Below, piece after piece: positions 29,990-38,420 of a stretch of 64,000 nt of DNA. Source of the DNA: Candidatus Paceibacter sp. Its GTDB lineage: Bacteria > Patescibacteriota > Patescibacteriia > S139-126. The stretch covers positions 98,657 through 162,656 of the forward strand of contig DYGA01000002.1 of NCBI GenBank assembly GCA_020724865.1. The letters run 5' to 3'. A program made the position numbers and the translations under genes. Every line of letters begins with the position of its first letter. Positions within the stretch are counted from its first letter, which is position 1. The notes beneath the pieces were generated by a model. It saw only the letters and a program-made list of their open reading frames with translations, was not told where the DNA came from and searched no databases.

Positions 29990-31309
29990 TTATTTCACTT
30001 TGACGAAGAATTTATCTCCGTCAATTGTCCCCTTGACTATGTCTTGGGGATAAACTTTTTTGAACATTTGCCCGGATTGCCATAACTCCCATTTTTCTCC
30101 ATTCGCTTGGAGGAAAGGTTTGCCTGATTCCGTTATAATTTGGTAAAGCGTTCCGTCTTGAAAATTATACCTCAATGTATCTTGCTTTACCGTAGATATA
30201 ACATCATCATGGTTTTTTTTAATGACGTTTTTTTCCTGAAACGAATATTTTTGAATGAATCTAACAGGCACGTATACAGGGCCGTCAACAAAATAACCAT
30301 AATGGTTTTGGGTCATCACTTTGACAAACCCTTCATTGCCGACAAACGTGACATCTTCACTGACTACTGAAACTTTATCTCCTGGTTTAAAGGCCAAAAT
30401 AACTTGGCCAGAATCAGTATTGGTACTACCAAAGGTTATACCTTTGTCAGTGATTTCAGTTACAACAGGTGTTGTTGATGTAACTTCAAATAAATTTAAC
30501 CTTTTACCTGCGTTTGCCTCTGATATATCATCGGCAAACTTTTCAGAATTATTCTTAATCAGATTACCTAAATTCAGGTAGATTCTTTCATTAGTTATTC
30601 TTATAACAGAAATAACTAAAAGAATTACCATAGTAAACTTTATAACCCAACCTGCTGTATTTGTGATTTTTATCCAGTAATATGACGAAAAACCAAAAGC
30701 CAATATTACCAGTATATATATGCCTAGGATATATAAGTATATTTCATAGAACATATTTCCATGAAAGGCCAACCACCATAGGAACATTATTCCTGAAAGT
30801 CCATAAACCAATGAAATTGGTCTAATAGACCTTCTGATTTTGTATTTGCTAGCAAGGCCAGCAATTATCGGATCATATGTTGTTGTAACAAAGAATAATA
30901 TTATCATAGAAATGATAACACTGGTTACAAATAACCAATCACCGACTAAATATCCAACTAAGGTGCAAACAACTATGACTCCTAACCAAATTGAAAAAGC
31001 AACTGCTAGATTTCTAACCACACGTTCGACATTATTAAGCACGTCTACTAATATTGCATGTAATCTATTTATAGTCATACCCTCAAGTCTGACAATTTCA
31101 GTAATAGGTAAGCCAACAATTGCTAATAGTCTGATAGTTCTCTGAGTTAAATTATGAACTGTCGTTTGGATGCCATCAGATAGTTCAAGAACTCCGTCTG
31201 CTAGTTGCTGAGTCAGTGCATTAGCAGTGACTGAAGTTTGCCTAATAAGCCAGTAATATCCCCAAAACACTCCAATTAGTGTAATTAAAATTAAAATTAA
31301 TAAAAACAT
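29990..31309 (-). CDS. Polytopic membrane protein (~6 TM in the N-terminal 240 aa) with a ~200-aa C-terminal soluble domain. Function unknown.
   Basis: ORF track; hydrophobicity pattern. Confidence 0.55.
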   Translation of the reverse strand: MFLLILILITLIGVFWGYYWLIRQTSVTANALTQQLADGVLELSDGIQTTVHNLTQRTIRLLAIVGLPITEIVRLEGMTINRLHAILVDVLNNVERVVRNLAVAFSIWLGVIVVCTLVGYLVGDWLFVTSVIISMIILFFVTTTYDPIIAGLASKYKIRRSIRPISLVYGLSGIMFLWWLAFHGNMFYEIYLYILGIYILVILAFGFSSYYWIKITNTAGWVIKFTMVILLVISVIRITNERIYLNLGNLIKNNSEKFADDISEANAGKRLNLFEVTSTTPVVTEITDKGITFGSTNTDSGQVILAFKPGDKVSVVSEDVTFVGNEGFVKVMTQNHYGYFVDGPVYVPVRFIQKYSFQEKNVIKKNHDDVISTVKQDTLRYNFQDGTLYQIITESGKPFLQANGEKWELWQSGQMFKKVYPQDIVKGTIDGDKFFVKVK

Positions 31310-31324
31310 TTTTTCCTCCTGAAT

Positions 31325-32026
31325 TTAAAAGTTTAAATTTCTGTTTTTTATTTGATTTCTGAAGTCGTTGACTTCATTTGTAACCTCAGACGATCTGTTG
31401 TTATAATCCGAATTAATTTCATCTAAGTATTTATCAATTTGATCAATTGTTTTTAGAAGATGTTTTTTAATTGGGTCTAAAAATTTTTTTCCCCAAATTT
31501 GAAATATTTGACCCCACTTATCGTGGATAAGGAGGTCAGTCCAGGTCCAAAACTCTTTCTCACCTATATCAGCAATTTTTCCGTAGATATGTTTACGCAA
31601 ATCATCATCACTTACTAAATCTGAGTCGTTTTCTGTATATACTGGTACGCCTTTATTTAAAATAGGGGTACCATCACTTTTCTTTAAGAGGATTTTGATT
31701 TTTTTTAACAGCAATGGTTTACACCATGCTGTTACCACTTCATTTTCTGAAGGTAAGTTGGGGTATTTTTCTTTATTTTTTGCTTCCTCAAACCTTTTTT
31801 CCCAAAATGTTCTTTGGGTATCATTTAATCCCAAAAGAACTTTTTGTAGTTCCGCCCGAGGTGGCACTTGAAACATTTTGTCAAGGGCAATTTCAGTGAT
31901 TTTTTTTGCGGGTACGTTAATTAATTCACTAATTAATTTACCGCTAACGGTACCAGCTGCAGTACCTACCAGCTCTCCTCCAAAAACATTTTTCAGTTTA
32001 TTGAAGAAATTTCCAAAGATTGACAT
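31325..32026 (-). CDS. Hypothetical soluble protein (233 aa), first gene of the minus-strand operon.
   Basis: ORF track; no recognisable motif. Confidence 0.5.
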   Translation of the reverse strand: MSIFGNFFNKLKNVFGGELVGTAAGTVSGKLISELINVPAKKITEIALDKMFQVPPRAELQKVLLGLNDTQRTFWEKRFEEAKNKEKYPNLPSENEVVTAWCKPLLLKKIKILLKKSDGTPILNKGVPVYTENDSDLVSDDDLRKHIYGKIADIGEKEFWTWTDLLIHDKWGQIFQIWGKKFLDPIKKHLLKTIDQIDKYLDEINSDYNNRSSEVTNEVNDFRNQIKNRNLNF

Positions 32027-32055
32027 GATTTACTCCTTTATTTTATTTATTTGTT

Positions 32056-32113
32056 GTTAGTTAGTTGGTTTAAATAAAGAAATAAATATCCTAATCTAAA
32101 CCAACTAACTAAC
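32056..32113. repeat. Perfect 17-bp inverted repeat GTTAGTTAGTTGGTTTA / TAAACCAACTAACTAAC with 24-nt spacer, in the 5' region of the minus-strand operon.
   Basis: Arms 32056-32072 and 32097-32113; no adjacent T-run on either strand. Confidence 0.6.
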
Positions 32114-32245
32114 CTAATTGTTGGGAGTAAATCTGTTGATTGTTTTATTGTTAAAGTTCACTATAAATTAAATCTATAACAGTCCACTATAGCATATTTT
32201 TAAGAAAAAGTCAATCCCACAGGCATGGTATAGTTCTTTATAAAT

Positions 32246-32270
32246 AAAAAACCCGCCTGTTTTGGCGGGT
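32246..32270 (-). terminator. Rho-independent terminator after the minus-strand gene 32292..32672.
   Basis: ACCCGCC-TGTTTT-GGCGGGT; A5 on plus gives T5 on minus directly after the hairpin. Confidence 0.65.
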
Positions 32271-32291
32271 TTAAGAATTAAAGAATTAAAA

Positions 32292-32672
32292 TTACGACAA
32301 GACATCAAATACGTAGCGCAGGATACTATAACTGGAAAAGACAATAAACAAACCAATAACTGCCCAAACTAAAATATCTCTGCCTTTTTTCACTCGTTCA
32401 GGATTACCTCCAGACGTCATCCAAATTACCCCGCCAGCGACAAAAGCAGCTAAAGCAATTACCCCGGTAAGTCCTAGAATACCTTTAATTATATTTCCAA
32501 TAATAACTGCAGGATCATCACTGGTAAGGGGATTAGTTAAAGTTACATTATTATTATTATTGACTGGTGGATTACCAGGTGGATTAACTGGGGGATTTTG
32601 CGCATTAACAGTATTGACAATCAATAATGTAAAAAAGGAAAATAAAATTAATAATAGAAATGATTTTTTCAT
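32292..32672 (-). CDS. Small secreted two-TM VirB2/TrbC-like protein. Paralog of 27303..27659 in opposite orientation.
   Basis: Signal peptide ...VNTVNA-QN, Pro/Asn-rich linker, then two TM helices with an SGGNPERVKKGRD loop. Collinear similarity to the 27303 protein. Confidence 0.5.
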   Translation of the reverse strand: MKKSFLLLILFSFFTLLIVNTVNAQNPPVNPPGNPPVNNNNNVTLTNPLTSDDPAVIIGNIIKGILGLTGVIALAAFVAGGVIWMTSGGNPERVKKGRDILVWAVIGLFIVFSSYSILRYVFDVLS

Positions 32673-32712
32673 AAATGTATTTTATTATTATACAATTATT
32701 ATACCTTTTTTC

Positions 32713-32743
32713 TTGACAAAAAGCAAAAAATGCGGTATAATGA
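32713..32743 (+). promoter_or_regulatory. Consensus sigma70 promoter TTGACA-N17-TATAAT with no annotated ORF downstream.
   Basis: TTGACAaaaagcaaaaaatgcggTATAAT. The downstream 500 nt lack ORFs of 60 aa or more. The nearest plus-strand terminator is at 33261-33282. Confidence 0.35.
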
Positions 32744-33256
32744 AAATATAGAAATAGAAATTACTAATTATTAATTACTAATTACTAAACAAATTCAAAA
32801 TCTAAAATTTCAAATAACAAAAAAATAAGATTAAAAAATATAAAAAAAATTCTCGATTAAATCGAGATAAAAATAAAAATTAAAAACAAAAATATGAAAA
32901 TCAAAGTAATTTCCCATGACAAAGTGCAGGCCATAAAAGTTAGGGTAGTACGCTAAAAGTGTACTGCTTTTTTGTTTATTAACTAATAATTTTATGTCTG
33001 CACCCAAAAAAAATATTTTTACTTGGAAACGAAATAAGAAAAATATTCAGCCCATAAATTTACGCGGACTTAATTTGAACTACAGTAACAGGCGTACAGA
33101 AAATAGAGTTAGATTGTGGGGGAGTAGTTGAAAGTTGATGAATAGGATAGAGGATTTAGGATATAGGTGGTAGTTAATTATAAATTTTTAAACATTAAAA
33201 AAAATTAAAAATTATTTATAAAATTACAAAATTAAAAATTGTTTATATTTTATTTT

Positions 33257-33282
33257 AAAACCCGCCGTGTGGCGGGTTTTAT
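33257..33282. terminator. Bidirectional rho-independent terminator (serves rplT on minus; also a plus-strand terminator).
   Basis: AAAA-CCCGCC-GTGT-GGCGGG-TTTT. Confidence 0.65.
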
Positions 33283-33302
33283 ACTCTCTGTTTTTAAAAA
33301 AA

Positions 33303-33653
33303 TTATTCAACCATTACTTGTTTAAAGATTTGATCAAAAATTTGCGGATGATTCATGGCCAGTTCTGACAAAACTTTGCGGTCAAGTTCAATATTCTTTT
33401 TCTTCATTATGCCAATAAATTTAGAATAACTAGTTCCACGCTCTCTTACAGCTGCATTTAGTCTAATCAACCACAAACCGCGGTTAACTCTTTTTTTGGC
33501 CCGTCTATCTCTTAGGGCATGGGCACCAGCTTTAACTACTGCGGTTTTAGCCAAACGAATCGTGGATTTACGGCTCCATTTATAACCTTTAACAGCTTTT
33601 CTAAGCTTTCTTCTTTTTTTGGTATGAGTTGTGCCTCTTTTTACTCTGGACAT
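33303..33653 (-). CDS. rplT: 50S ribosomal protein L20.
   Basis: Basic 116-aa protein MSRVKRGTTHTKKRRK...; conserved infC-rpmI-rplT order. Confidence 0.9.
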   Translation of the reverse strand: MSRVKRGTTHTKKRRKLRKAVKGYKWSRKSTIRLAKTAVVKAGAHALRDRRAKKRVNRGLWLIRLNAAVRERGTSYSKFIGIMKKKNIELDRKVLSELAMNHPQIFDQIFKQVMVE

Positions 33654-33696
33654 ATTTTTAAAATTAGAATATAGGATTTAGGATAAGGGGGATAGA

Positions 33697-33894
33697 TTAG
33701 TGATAAGGCAAGAGAGTGCGGATATTTTTTTCATTTACCTTAGCTACTTTTTTATCGCGTCTTTTATTGCGAGTTACCTTACTTGGTTCACGGGAATTAA
33801 AATGGTCCTGACCAGCAGTTCTTTGCATTAGTTTTTTATTTTTTGTGACACGAATTCTTTTACTAGTTGTTTTGTGTGTTTTGAGTTTTGCCAT
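33697..33894 (-). CDS. rpmI: 50S ribosomal protein L35 (start moved to the internal ATG; the ORF-track start is a TTG 45 nt upstream).
   Basis: MAKLKTHKTTSKRIRVTKNKKL matches the L35 N-terminus; 65 aa. Confidence 0.8.
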   Translation of the reverse strand: MAKLKTHKTTSKRIRVTKNKKLMQRTAGQDHFNSREPSKVTRNKRRDKKVAKVNEKNIRTLLPYH

Positions 33895-33984
33895 TTGATT
33901 CTTTTTTATGAATAAATCCCACCCAAAATAGTGGGACAAGTTTTATATTAACCAATTAAATAAATGGTGTCAAGCAATTTATCC

Positions 33985-34491
33985 CTATTTTTTTAGAGAA
34001 TAAAGGGCGGTAAATTTATTGCCTTCACGCAATGGTTCTTGGTCAACCCTTATATTTGCACCCAGCTTTTCTTGAAATTTTAGCATGATTTCTTTTACTT
34101 TTTCCGGATGAGCTTTTTGTCTGCCTTTGAGAATAATTTCAGTTTTAACCCTATCACCTTGGGTTAAGAATTTTATGGCTTGATTGGCTCTAACTTCTAG
34201 ATCGTGATTACCCATATTGTAGGTCAATCTTACCCCCTTGATTTCTGATTTACGGCTTTTAACTTTGGCTTTTTGTTGGAGTTTATTTTGATTATAAATC
34301 CATTGGCCATAATCTAATATACGACAAACTGGCGGTTCAGCTTTGGGAGATACTTCAACCAGATCAAGTCCCGCTTCTCTGGCTTGGCGCAATGCTTCCT
34401 GTGTGGATACTACGCCAAGTTGTTCACCGTTAGTACCGATTAAACGAACTTCAGGTAAATCTATTTGTTGGTTTATTCTAAATTTTTGAAT
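33985..34491 (-). CDS. infC: Translation initiation factor IF-3, most likely initiated at an AUU codon.
   Basis: In-frame upstream extension of the ORF-track reading encodes QKFRINQQIDLPEVRLIGTNGEQLGVVSTQEALRQAREAGLDLVEV (IF-3 N-domain). The only plausible start in the open frame is ATT at 34491, as in E. coli infC. Confidence 0.75.
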   Translation of the reverse strand: MQKFRINQQIDLPEVRLIGTNGEQLGVVSTQEALRQAREAGLDLVEVSPKAEPPVCRILDYGQWIYNQNKLQQKAKVKSRKSEIKGVRLTYNMGNHDLEVRANQAIKFLTQGDRVKTEIILKGRQKAHPEKVKEIMLKFQEKLGANIRVDQEPLREGNKFTALYSLKK

Positions 34492-34738
34492 AGGTTTAAG
34501 GATTAATAATTATAAGTATATTATATTAAATTTAAATGTTTGTGACCAGGGTATTAAGTATATAAACAATTTTTAATTCCTGCCTGTCGGTAGGTAGGTT
34601 GTAGTTTTTAATTTTTAAATAAATCTAAATTTAAATAGATGTCATGCTGAACTTGTTTCAGCATCTCATGAGACCCTGAAACAAGTTCAGGGTGACAGAA
34701 AAAAATTAACATTTATTATTTTTTGCTAGTGCGAAGAA

Positions 34739-35115
34739 TGGTGGAGATGGTGGGCTTTGCACCCACGTGGTAAGAAAGCTTTAACGTGTGATTTACAAGC
34801 TTAGCCTGATTGGTAAACCAAAAAGATTAAATCAGGCCAAAACTTTTTGGTGGCGCTGAACAATATTGCAAACGACGATTGTCAGCAAATCGGCGTTCAA
34901 GCTCCAGTTATGACACCGCTTATGAAATTTTGGAGCAAAATTTCAGCGATGGCTGTGACCTGAATTAGGCAACAGCAAGTGCAAAGTTAGGCTGCGCAAA
35001 TGCGTTCCTAATTTTGCTCATAAGTGTATTGGCACTTATTGTAATGGTAGTTTAACGAGTTGCCGCTCGGCTTGAACACACGTTGCTACTTTCTTAGCGA
35101 ATAAATAACATCCCC
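34739..35115 (-). ncRNA. ssrA: tmRNA (SsrA), ~377 nt, CCA encoded; tag reading frame ends ...NAFAQPNFALAVA-stop.
   Basis: Minus strand 5' GGGGATGTTATTTATTCG... and 3' ...ACCACGTGGGTGCAAAGCCCACCATCTCCACCA (T-arm, acceptor, CCA) resemble the B. subtilis tmRNA termini. Located directly downstream of smpB. Confidence 0.8.
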
Positions 35116-35223
35116 AAATAAAATTACTAATTACTAATTTCTAATATTTAATTAATTTATAATTAACTAATTAATAAATTAAATCATTGATTAGTAATTA
35201 ATCATTTGTTATTAGTAATTAAT

Positions 35224-35700
35224 TTAGTATTCTTTCAAAGTGCGTCTGATATCACGTTCGGTATCTCTTTTTTTGATAGCAGCTTTTTTGTCAAACTGTT
35301 TTTTCCCTTTGACAATTGCCAATTCAATTTTAACTAGACCTCTGGTAGTATATAGTCGTAAAGGCACAACTGTCAATCCTTTATTACTTAGTTGGCCCCT
35401 GATTAAATTTATTTCTTTTTTGGTTAAAAGCAATTTTCTTTGTCTTTTTGGTTCATAGTTTTTTTGGACACTGGCAGCCGGTTGATAGGGGGCAATATGC
35501 AAGCCTACCAGCCAAGCTTGGTTGTCTTTAATGGTAATGTAACTTCCCTTAAAATCAATTCTTTTCATTTTCACAGATTTTACTTCCGGACCAGTTAAAA
35601 CCAAGCCCGCCTCTATTTTTTGTAAAGGTAGATAGTTAAATAAAGCCTGTTTGTTGGTTAATATTTCCATAACTTTATTGTATAACAAATTTTGTAGCAA
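35224..35700 (-). CDS. smpB: SsrA-binding protein SmpB.
   Basis: 158 aa, SmpB pattern (IAxNKKA..., GLVLTGPEVKSVK, basic C-terminal tail). Confidence 0.9.
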   Translation of the reverse strand: MLQNLLYNKVMEILTNKQALFNYLPLQKIEAGLVLTGPEVKSVKMKRIDFKGSYITIKDNQAWLVGLHIAPYQPAASVQKNYEPKRQRKLLLTKKEINLIRGQLSNKGLTVVPLRLYTTRGLVKIELAIVKGKKQFDKKAAIKKRDTERDIRRTLKEY

Positions 35701-35753
35701 ACAAACTCTATTAACTTGCTGATTTTATTTAAAATCATTACTATAAAATTAAG

Positions 35754-37472
35754 ATGATGGATTTATACTTACAATTGAAAAAAGAAATTAGTCGTTTGGC
35801 GGGCCAGGACCTGTTTGTTTTAGAAGTTCCGCCAACGACAGAATTTGGCGATTTAAGCACAAACGTTGCTTTGATAATTGCTAAACAAAAAAACAAAGAT
35901 CCAAAATTAGTTGCTTTAGATTTAATTGCCAAATTATCACAAGTTAGTTGGTTGAAAAAAAATAATATTGAAATTAAATTAGCTGGCCAAGGGTTTATAA
36001 ATTTCTTTTTGTCTGACCAGTATTTGAATAAAATTTTCAATCAAGCCGTCCATACTAAAAATTTTGGTAAGATAAATATTGGTAAAAATAAAAAAATTGT
36101 TATTGAGTATTCGTCGCCCAACACCAACAAACCTTTGCATCTGGGTCATTTGCGCAATGATGCTTTGGGAATGAGTCTCGCAAAAATATATGAATTTTTT
36201 GGTTTTCAAGTAATAAAAACTGAAGTTATTAATGATCGTGGCATTCATATTATGAAAAGTTTATTGGCTTATTTAAAATGGGGGAAAAATACAACGCCAA
36301 AAAAGCTTGGTATTAAAGGGGATAAATTTGTTGGTGATTTATATGTTAAATACAATCAGGCAGAAAAGGATCATCCTGAACTAATTTCTGAAGCTAGAAA
36401 TTTATTACAGGCTTGGGAAAATAAGGATAAAAAGATAATTGCCTTATGGAAAAAAATGAATTCTTGGGTTTATGCTGGTTGGAAAATAACTTATAAATTA
36501 TATGGTTCAAAATTTGATAAAGTTTATTATGAAAGTAAGCTTTATAATAAAGGCAGGGAAATAATTGTCCAAGCTGAAAAACGCGGGTTAGTTAAACGCA
36601 ATTCCCAAGGCGCCGTAGTAGTTGATTTAAGTCCCTATGGATTAGGCGGACGAGATAGCGGTGAAAAAATTTTATTACGGGCTGATGGCACGACTGTTTA
36701 TATTACTCAAGATTTGTATTTGGCCGTCAAAAGATTTTCAGATTATAATTTTACTAAAATGATATATGTAGTGGGCGATGAACAGATATATCATTTTAAG
36801 GTGTTATTTAAAATTCTGTCTATTTTTGGTTATAGCTGGCAAACAAAATGTCAGCATTTTCCCTATGGACATGTTTTATTGCCGGAGGGAAAGATGAAAT
36901 CGCGCGAAGGAACTGTAGTTGATGCCGATGATTTAATTTCTGAACTTACCACTCAGGCAGAGATAGAAGTAAAAAAACGACAACCGAAATTGACAGTAAT
37001 AGAAAGAAAAAAAATTGCTCAAACTATAGCTATAGCTGCTATTAAATATTGGTTTTTAAAAACTAATCCTAAATCTACCATAACTTTTGATCCCCAAGCT
37101 TCCTTGAGTTTGGAGGGCAATACCGGTCCTTATCTTTTATATACTTATGTTAGATTAAAACGCATTTTGGCCAAAGGAAAAATTACTAAATTAGATAAGT
37201 TTATTTTTTCTGAACAAGAAAAAAAGTTGGTTAGAAAAATTTGTCAGTGGCCATTGGCAGTTTGGCAATATTATGAGAAACAGCAAGTTAATTATTTGGC
37301 TGAATATTTATTTCAATTGGCCAGTTTGATAAATAATTATTATCAAAATGTTCCTGTTTTAAAAGCTGAAGATACAATAAGAAAACAAAGATTAATGATA
37401 ATTAAAGCAGCTGCCAATATTATTAGTAGCGGACTTAATTTGCTTAATATAAAAACCGTTGCTAAAATGTAA
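35754..37472 (+). CDS. argS: Arginine--tRNA ligase.
   Basis: Class I HIGH region SSPNTNKPLHLGHLRN, ArgS-type KMKSREG region, C-terminal DALR anticodon-binding domain. Confidence 0.95.
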   Translation: MMDLYLQLKKEISRLAGQDLFVLEVPPTTEFGDLSTNVALIIAKQKNKDPKLVALDLIAKLSQVSWLKKNNIEIKLAGQGFINFFLSDQYLNKIFNQAVHTKNFGKINIGKNKKIVIEYSSPNTNKPLHLGHLRNDALGMSLAKIYEFFGFQVIKTEVINDRGIHIMKSLLAYLKWGKNTTPKKLGIKGDKFVGDLYVKYNQAEKDHPELISEARNLLQAWENKDKKIIALWKKMNSWVYAGWKITYKLYGSKFDKVYYESKLYNKGREIIVQAEKRGLVKRNSQGAVVVDLSPYGLGGRDSGEKILLRADGTTVYITQDLYLAVKRFSDYNFTKMIYVVGDEQIYHFKVLFKILSIFGYSWQTKCQHFPYGHVLLPEGKMKSREGTVVDADDLISELTTQAEIEVKKRQPKLTVIERKKIAQTIAIAAIKYWFLKTNPKSTITFDPQASLSLEGNTGPYLLYTYVRLKRILAKGKITKLDKFIFSEQEKKLVRKICQWPLAVWQYYEKQQVNYLAEYLFQLASLINNYYQNVPVLKAEDTIRKQRLMIIKAAANIISSGLNLLNIKTVAKM

Positions 37473-37474
37473 TT

Positions 37475-37789
37475 ATGAATGAGTCAAAATGGTTAAATTT
37501 TGTCCAGATGATAAAAGATAAATTTGCCGTCCAAGCTGAAGGGCAAGAAACCACAGATATTCCTGGCGCAGTCGTTAAATTTATTGAATGGAAAAATGGG
37601 GATAAAGAAATGAGGGCTGAGTTTCATATTAAACCAAAAGTTTTGGATAAAAAAACTTTTTATAGTAGACGTATAGGCAGCGGGGTAAAGGAAGAATATA
37701 TTTATGCCGCTGATGAAAAAGTAGAATTTGCTAAATTTTTTGAAAAATCTACACTCAATGATGAATGGCAAGAAATAAATATTGTGTAA
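37475..37789 (+). CDS. Hypothetical protein (104 aa).
   Basis: ORF track; 3-nt gap after argS. Confidence 0.45.
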   Translation: MNESKWLNFVQMIKDKFAVQAEGQETTDIPGAVVKFIEWKNGDKEMRAEFHIKPKVLDKKTFYSRRIGSGVKEEYIYAADEKVEFAKFFEKSTLNDEWQEINIV

Positions 37790-37891
37790 AAAAATATTTG
37801 CTTTTTTCGGTAAATTTGTGTATATTTAAATAAGTCAAAATAAAAATAATAAATTATAATAATTAATTTTAAAGGAAAGGACTTAGAAATT

Positions 37892-38380
37892 ATGGAATCA
37901 AACATAACTAAAGCAGGAGAGGATGCTACTTTCCAAAAGCCAGCTAGTTCTGGCGGCAGTTTTGTTAAATGGGTTGTTGTGGTTATAGTAATTGCGTTAA
38001 TTATTGTTTTAGGTTTGTACTTTATTTCTAAATACAGCCGTTTCAATATTTTAGGGTTGTCTGGTGGTAACAATAATTGGCAAGCGGTATTTTTAACCAA
38101 TGGCCAAGTTTATTTTGGTAAGGTAGTGAAAGAGAGTAGTAAATCAGTCATTTTGCGGGATATTTATTATTTACAAGTAACCCAACCATTACAAACTTCT
38201 GGTGATCAACAACAAGCTCCAGTCCAAAATGAATTATCTTTAGTAAAATTAGGCAATGAACTGCATGGGCCTAAAGATGAAATGAGAATAAATGGAGCTC
38301 ATGTATTGTTTATTGAAGATTTGAAAGCTGACAGTCGAGTAGTTGAAGCCATAACCAATTATAAGAATTCACAACAGTAG
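37892..38380 (+). CDS. Hypothetical bitopic protein (N-terminal TM).
   Basis: ORF track; hydrophobic helix WVVVVIVIALIIVLGLYFI. Confidence 0.45.
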   Translation: MESNITKAGEDATFQKPASSGGSFVKWVVVVIVIALIIVLGLYFISKYSRFNILGLSGGNNNWQAVFLTNGQVYFGKVVKESSKSVILRDIYYLQVTQPLQTSGDQQQAPVQNELSLVKLGNELHGPKDEMRINGAHVLFIEDLKADSRVVEAITNYKNSQQ

Positions 38381-38420
38381 AGTATTACTATTTTAGGAAA
38401 TAAATATTTTTTAGATAAAA

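Noticed and set aside
32759-32790. ATTACTAATTACTAA-type words shared between 32759-32790 and the tmRNA upstream region 35116-35140.
   Set aside because: The orientation relative to the putative transcripts is inconsistent and the sequence is simple AT-rich low complexity. Probably not a specific element.
34739-34770. The plus-strand text TGGTGGAGATGGTGGGCTTTGCACCCAC and the plus-strand GCAAACGACGA (ANDE-like tag start) at ~34869 initially suggested a plus-strand tmRNA.
   Set aside because: The only complete tRNA-like 3' end with CCA (GGGTGCAAAGCCCACCATCTCCACCA) is on the minus strand, together with a GGGGAUG-type 5' end. Only the minus strand gives a tag frame ending in ...ALAVA-stop. The plus-strand ANDD... 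frame runs 31 codons with a non-tag-like end. smpB is also on the minus strand immediately upstream.
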